The position numbers and the translations under genes are program-made. From Planctomycetota bacterium (lineage in GTDB: Bacteria; Planctomycetota; UBA1135), in NCBI GenBank assembly GCA_021776795.1, contig JAJFFC010000014.1, positions 217,771-281,770 on the forward strand: a DNA stretch of 64,000 nt, read 5' to 3'. Below the pieces are notes generated by a model. That model ran no database searches. It saw nothing but the letters and a program-made list of their open reading frames with translations, and was not told the DNA's origin. Shown here in pieces: positions 61,318-64,000 of this stretch. Numbering within the stretch: the first letter of the stretch is position 1; every line of letters starts with the position of its first letter.

Positions 61318-61971
61318 TTAGCGCATTCGTTGCGTTTCGTAAGCCCAGATCGCAATCTCAACTCGATTGCGCACGGCAAGCTTTGTCATCAGGCTTGCGA
61401 CATGAGTCTTGACGGTACTCAGGCTGATATGGAGCTCCCGGGAGACCTCGGCATTGGTCCATCCACGGGCCACGGCAAGTAAAATCTCTTCTTCTCGTTT
61501 GGTGAGGGCTTCCCTTGGTTGCACAGGAGCCGTGTCTGCGGAAGACTCGGAGAACTTAGTGAGCAAACGCGAGGTCACACTCGGTGCAATCAGAGCATCT
61601 CCCCCCGCAGCTGCGCGAATCGCTTCAGCCAACAGTTCGGGACCGGCATCCTTCAGCAGAAAACCCCGTGCGCCTGCCTTCAATGCGCCATAGACGTAGT
61701 CGTCGAGATCAAAGGTCGTAATCACGACTACGGCAAGCGGATTTTCGACGCCTGGCCCGGCAAGCTGCCGCGTGGCTTCTATGCCATCCAGACCGGGCAT
61801 GCGAATGTCGAACAGGCATACATCTGGGCGCAACTCAAGCGCGCGCTCCACGGCCTCGGCCCCATTCGCCACTTGTGCAATCACCTCGATGCCTGGCTGA
61901 GCATTGAGAATCATGGCGAGGCCGGTGCGCACAATTTCTTGGTCGTCGGCAATGAGGACTTGAATGCTCAT
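61318..61971 (-). CDS. NarL/LuxR-family response regulator
   Basis: VLIADDQ, FDIRMPGLDG, ITTF, GFLLKD and LTKREEEIL...SLSTVKTHV; start ATG 61971 overlaps the kinase stop. Confidence 0.95.
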   Translation of the reverse strand: MSIQVLIADDQEIVRTGLAMILNAQPGIEVIAQVANGAEAVERALELRPDVCLFDIRMPGLDGIEATRQLAGPGVENPLAVVVITTFDLDDYVYGALKAGARGFLLKDAGPELLAEAIRAAAGGDALIAPSVTSRLLTKFSESSADTAPVQPREALTKREEEILLAVARGWTNAEVSRELHISLSTVKTHVASLMTKLAVRNRVEIAIWAYETQRMR

Positions 61972-63116
61972 GGTTGAGTCGTTGCGCCATCGCGGGGCAA
62001 TGTGGCGGAAACATCCCAACCTCGTTGCGCTCTAGGGCCAGCTTCTAGAGTACCTCCGAGCAACTGCACTCGCTCGGACATTCCAATCAATCCAAAACCT
62101 TTGGCCTGTGCGCCCTCAGGGATCACCTCTCCATTGTCGGTCACGCGCAATTGCACCGCATGTTCTTCGATATGAACTTCCACTTGAATCGTGGTCGCTT
62201 GCCGTGCATGCCGACGAGCGTTGGTGATGGATTCTTGCGCAATCCGATAAACCGCACTGGAGAGAGCAGGCGAAAGCATAGCGAAATCTCCGTGAAGCTC
62301 CACCTGGATATCTGCCTGCGCACCCCCCTCTTCTCTGAAGTTTAGGAGATCTTCCACACGGGGAGTTGGTGTTAACTCGGCTGGACCACCGTCCCGCAAT
62401 ATTCGAACCATGGTGCGCATTTCACCCAGAGTGCGGGATGCCTCGTCTTGGATGACCTTTAAAGCACCAATCGCAGCTTGGGGATCTACATTTGCAGTTG
62501 CCACCCCTGCCTGTGCTTGAACGGCAATACCGGAAACATGATGCGCAACCGTGTCATGCAATTCACGAGCAAGACTAAGGCGTTCACTGGAGCGAACCTC
62601 CTCCAACTCCTGCAGGCGCGCTTCCTCTCGATAACGAACCGCAATGCCGATGGCCATCGGTGCAATCATCACCGCCAACCCTCCAAAGACCTCTCCGGTG
62701 CTAAGGTCATCTGAGAGTAAACCCAAGATTGCCGCGGCCAGAATGACCGGCAATCCGAGCAAGATTTCTCGCCCAGCGCCCCAACGAAACAGCGCATAGA
62801 CCAGAACCAGCAGGTAGATCTGCGCATTCAGCTCGGGGGATTGACTGTCGATGAAAAACTCTGCCCCATCGAAGATTCCAATCGCGACAAAAGCCACGCT
62901 GACCGTGAGTAGCGGATGTGATCGCCGCCAAAGAATCAACGGGGTGAACCCGAATCCGACCAGGAAGGGCAGGGACCAGATGGGCAGGTCCTCCCGCAAG
63001 AGGCCCTCCAGAAGGACCACCAAGGCGAGGACGGCAAAGAGCCTCCAATCCGATGAGTTCCTTGGGACTGTGGAGGGTCTTTGCTCGAACCAAAAGGAAC
63101 GAAGCAGGCGACGCAC
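61968..63116 (-). CDS. Membrane sensor histidine kinase (HisKA_3)
   Basis: ERLSLARELHDTVAH, YRIAQESITNARRHA, VTDNG and GFGLIGMSERV; N-terminal TMs; TATAAT 7 nt before the GTG start. Confidence 0.95.
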   Translation of the reverse strand: MRRLLRSFWFEQRPSTVPRNSSDWRLFAVLALVVLLEGLLREDLPIWSLPFLVGFGFTPLILWRRSHPLLTVSVAFVAIGIFDGAEFFIDSQSPELNAQIYLLVLVYALFRWGAGREILLGLPVILAAAILGLLSDDLSTGEVFGGLAVMIAPMAIGIAVRYREEARLQELEEVRSSERLSLARELHDTVAHHVSGIAVQAQAGVATANVDPQAAIGALKVIQDEASRTLGEMRTMVRILRDGGPAELTPTPRVEDLLNFREEGGAQADIQVELHGDFAMLSPALSSAVYRIAQESITNARRHARQATTIQVEVHIEEHAVQLRVTDNGEVIPEGAQAKGFGLIGMSERVQLLGGTLEAGPRAQRGWDVSATLPRDGATTQP

Positions 63117-63159
63117 AGCGAGGATTATACGAATCGGAGATTTTCGCCAGCGCCACGCC

Positions 63160-63636
63160 CTAGATGTCCACCGGAGGCTGACCCCAAGCGGAGCGCAATT
63201 CGGGAAGGCGCTGCTGCAAGTACCACTTCAGGTCCTCGGCTTCGAACTGCTTTTCGCTCCAGGCGCCGACCAGGTGTTCGCGCATGGCGTCGATTCCGAC
63301 GTAGGCCCATGCGGGAATGGGCTCGACGGATTGCGCAACGTGCACCAAGACTTGGCGGCGCTCGTAGCCACCGCCTGCCGCTTCAAAGCGGTCGATGAGT
63401 TCTCTAGCCTCATCGGTAACGTTGCGCAGGATTTGACCATGCACTTCCCCACCCGCTTCCGGAAAGATGACTGGCCCGCGACCTTCGCGCCCAGGCGGAC
63501 GGACGGCATAGCGCTGGTAGTCGGGCAATCGGGCGGGACTCCCTTTTAGGTTTTGGCCAGTCAAGCCATGGATGACCTCGGGGTATTGCAAGGTTCCGTA
63601 AACGAAGAGATCACGTAAGGGGGTGTCGTTGGTCAT
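63160..63636 (-). CDS. Gamma-glutamylcyclotransferase (AIG2-like) family protein
   Basis: LFVYGTL, V.G.I, IDRFE...YERRQV and AWAYV. Confidence 0.88.
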   Translation of the reverse strand: MTNDTPLRDLFVYGTLQYPEVIHGLTGQNLKGSPARLPDYQRYAVRPPGREGRGPVIFPEAGGEVHGQILRNVTDEARELIDRFEAAGGGYERRQVLVHVAQSVEPIPAWAYVGIDAMREHLVGAWSEKQFEAEDLKWYLQQRLPELRSAWGQPPVDI

Positions 63637-64000
63637 CAGGCTCCTTCAAAGCCATTCAAGACGCGGGCTGCATTTTCGCCAAGTTCTTCTACCGCGTAGC
63701 CACCTTCCAATTGGAACATGGTTGGCAATCCGATTGCTTTCAAGCGGGCTCCAAGGCGCTCGAAGTCGTCGCCCGTGAGGTGAAAACTCGAAAGTGGATC
63801 ACCGCTAAAGGCGTCTAGCCCGAGTGGCACCACTAGCGCTTCCGGCGCAAAGGCTTCGATACGGGTGATGGCTTCCTCTAGCGCGGCGAACCAAGTGGCG
63901 TTGCTGGCGCCAGGCTCTAAGGGGAAGTTGGCATTGGCGCCGAGGCCTTCGCCGCGCCCCGATTCGTCGGCATGGCCGAGATAAAAGGGATACTCGTGGC
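63636..64000 (-). CDS. Histone deacetylase/acetylpolyamine amidohydrolase family protein (5'-truncated by window edge)
   Basis: Frame is open to the window end: EYPFYLGHADESGRGEGLGANANFPL...LGLDAFSGDP...QLEGGY. Confidence 0.9.
   Translation of the reverse strand, partial: HEYPFYLGHADESGRGEGLGANANFPLEPGASNATWFAALEEAITRIEAFAPEALVVPLGLDAFSGDPLSSFHLTGDDFERLGARLKAIGLPTMFQLEGGYAVEELGENAARVLNGFEGA

Overview
Gene-dense, GC-rich (roughly 60% by eye, not computed) bacterial chromosome segment. It is probably from a planctomycete-like organism; this is inferred from a DUF1570-type protein and the PVC-type cytochrome c biogenesis operon. It carries about 60 CDSs. Housekeeping genes: tig-clpP-clpX, rlmN, rnpA-yidD, trpS, thiC, a UbiD-family decarboxylase, leuS, tRNA-Ala(GGC)-lysS-lolCDE-like and a system II ccsA/resB operon. 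It also encodes many secreted or membrane proteins (M28, M36-like and M48 peptidases, a BNR-repeat protein, an AA10 lytic polysaccharide monooxygenase), several transporters and a NarL-type two-component module. No CRISPR array, rRNA or prophage was seen. Most notable: (1) a single-ORF IS1-like transposase whose third catalytic residue aligns as Asn, flanked by 25-bp imperfect inverted repeats built on a self-palindromic, REP-like 18-mer; (2) four unrelated secreted proteins sharing a ~100-120 aa C-terminal domain, a candidate sorting or anchoring signal; (3) an AA10 LPMO whose catalytic domain has no cysteines; (4) recurrent TAnnnT hexamers 6-8 nt upstream of start codons (leaderless-type promoters), plus six convergent gene pairs that overlap by a 4-nt stop/stop box. 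All family assignments come from motif recognition by eye; no database search was run.
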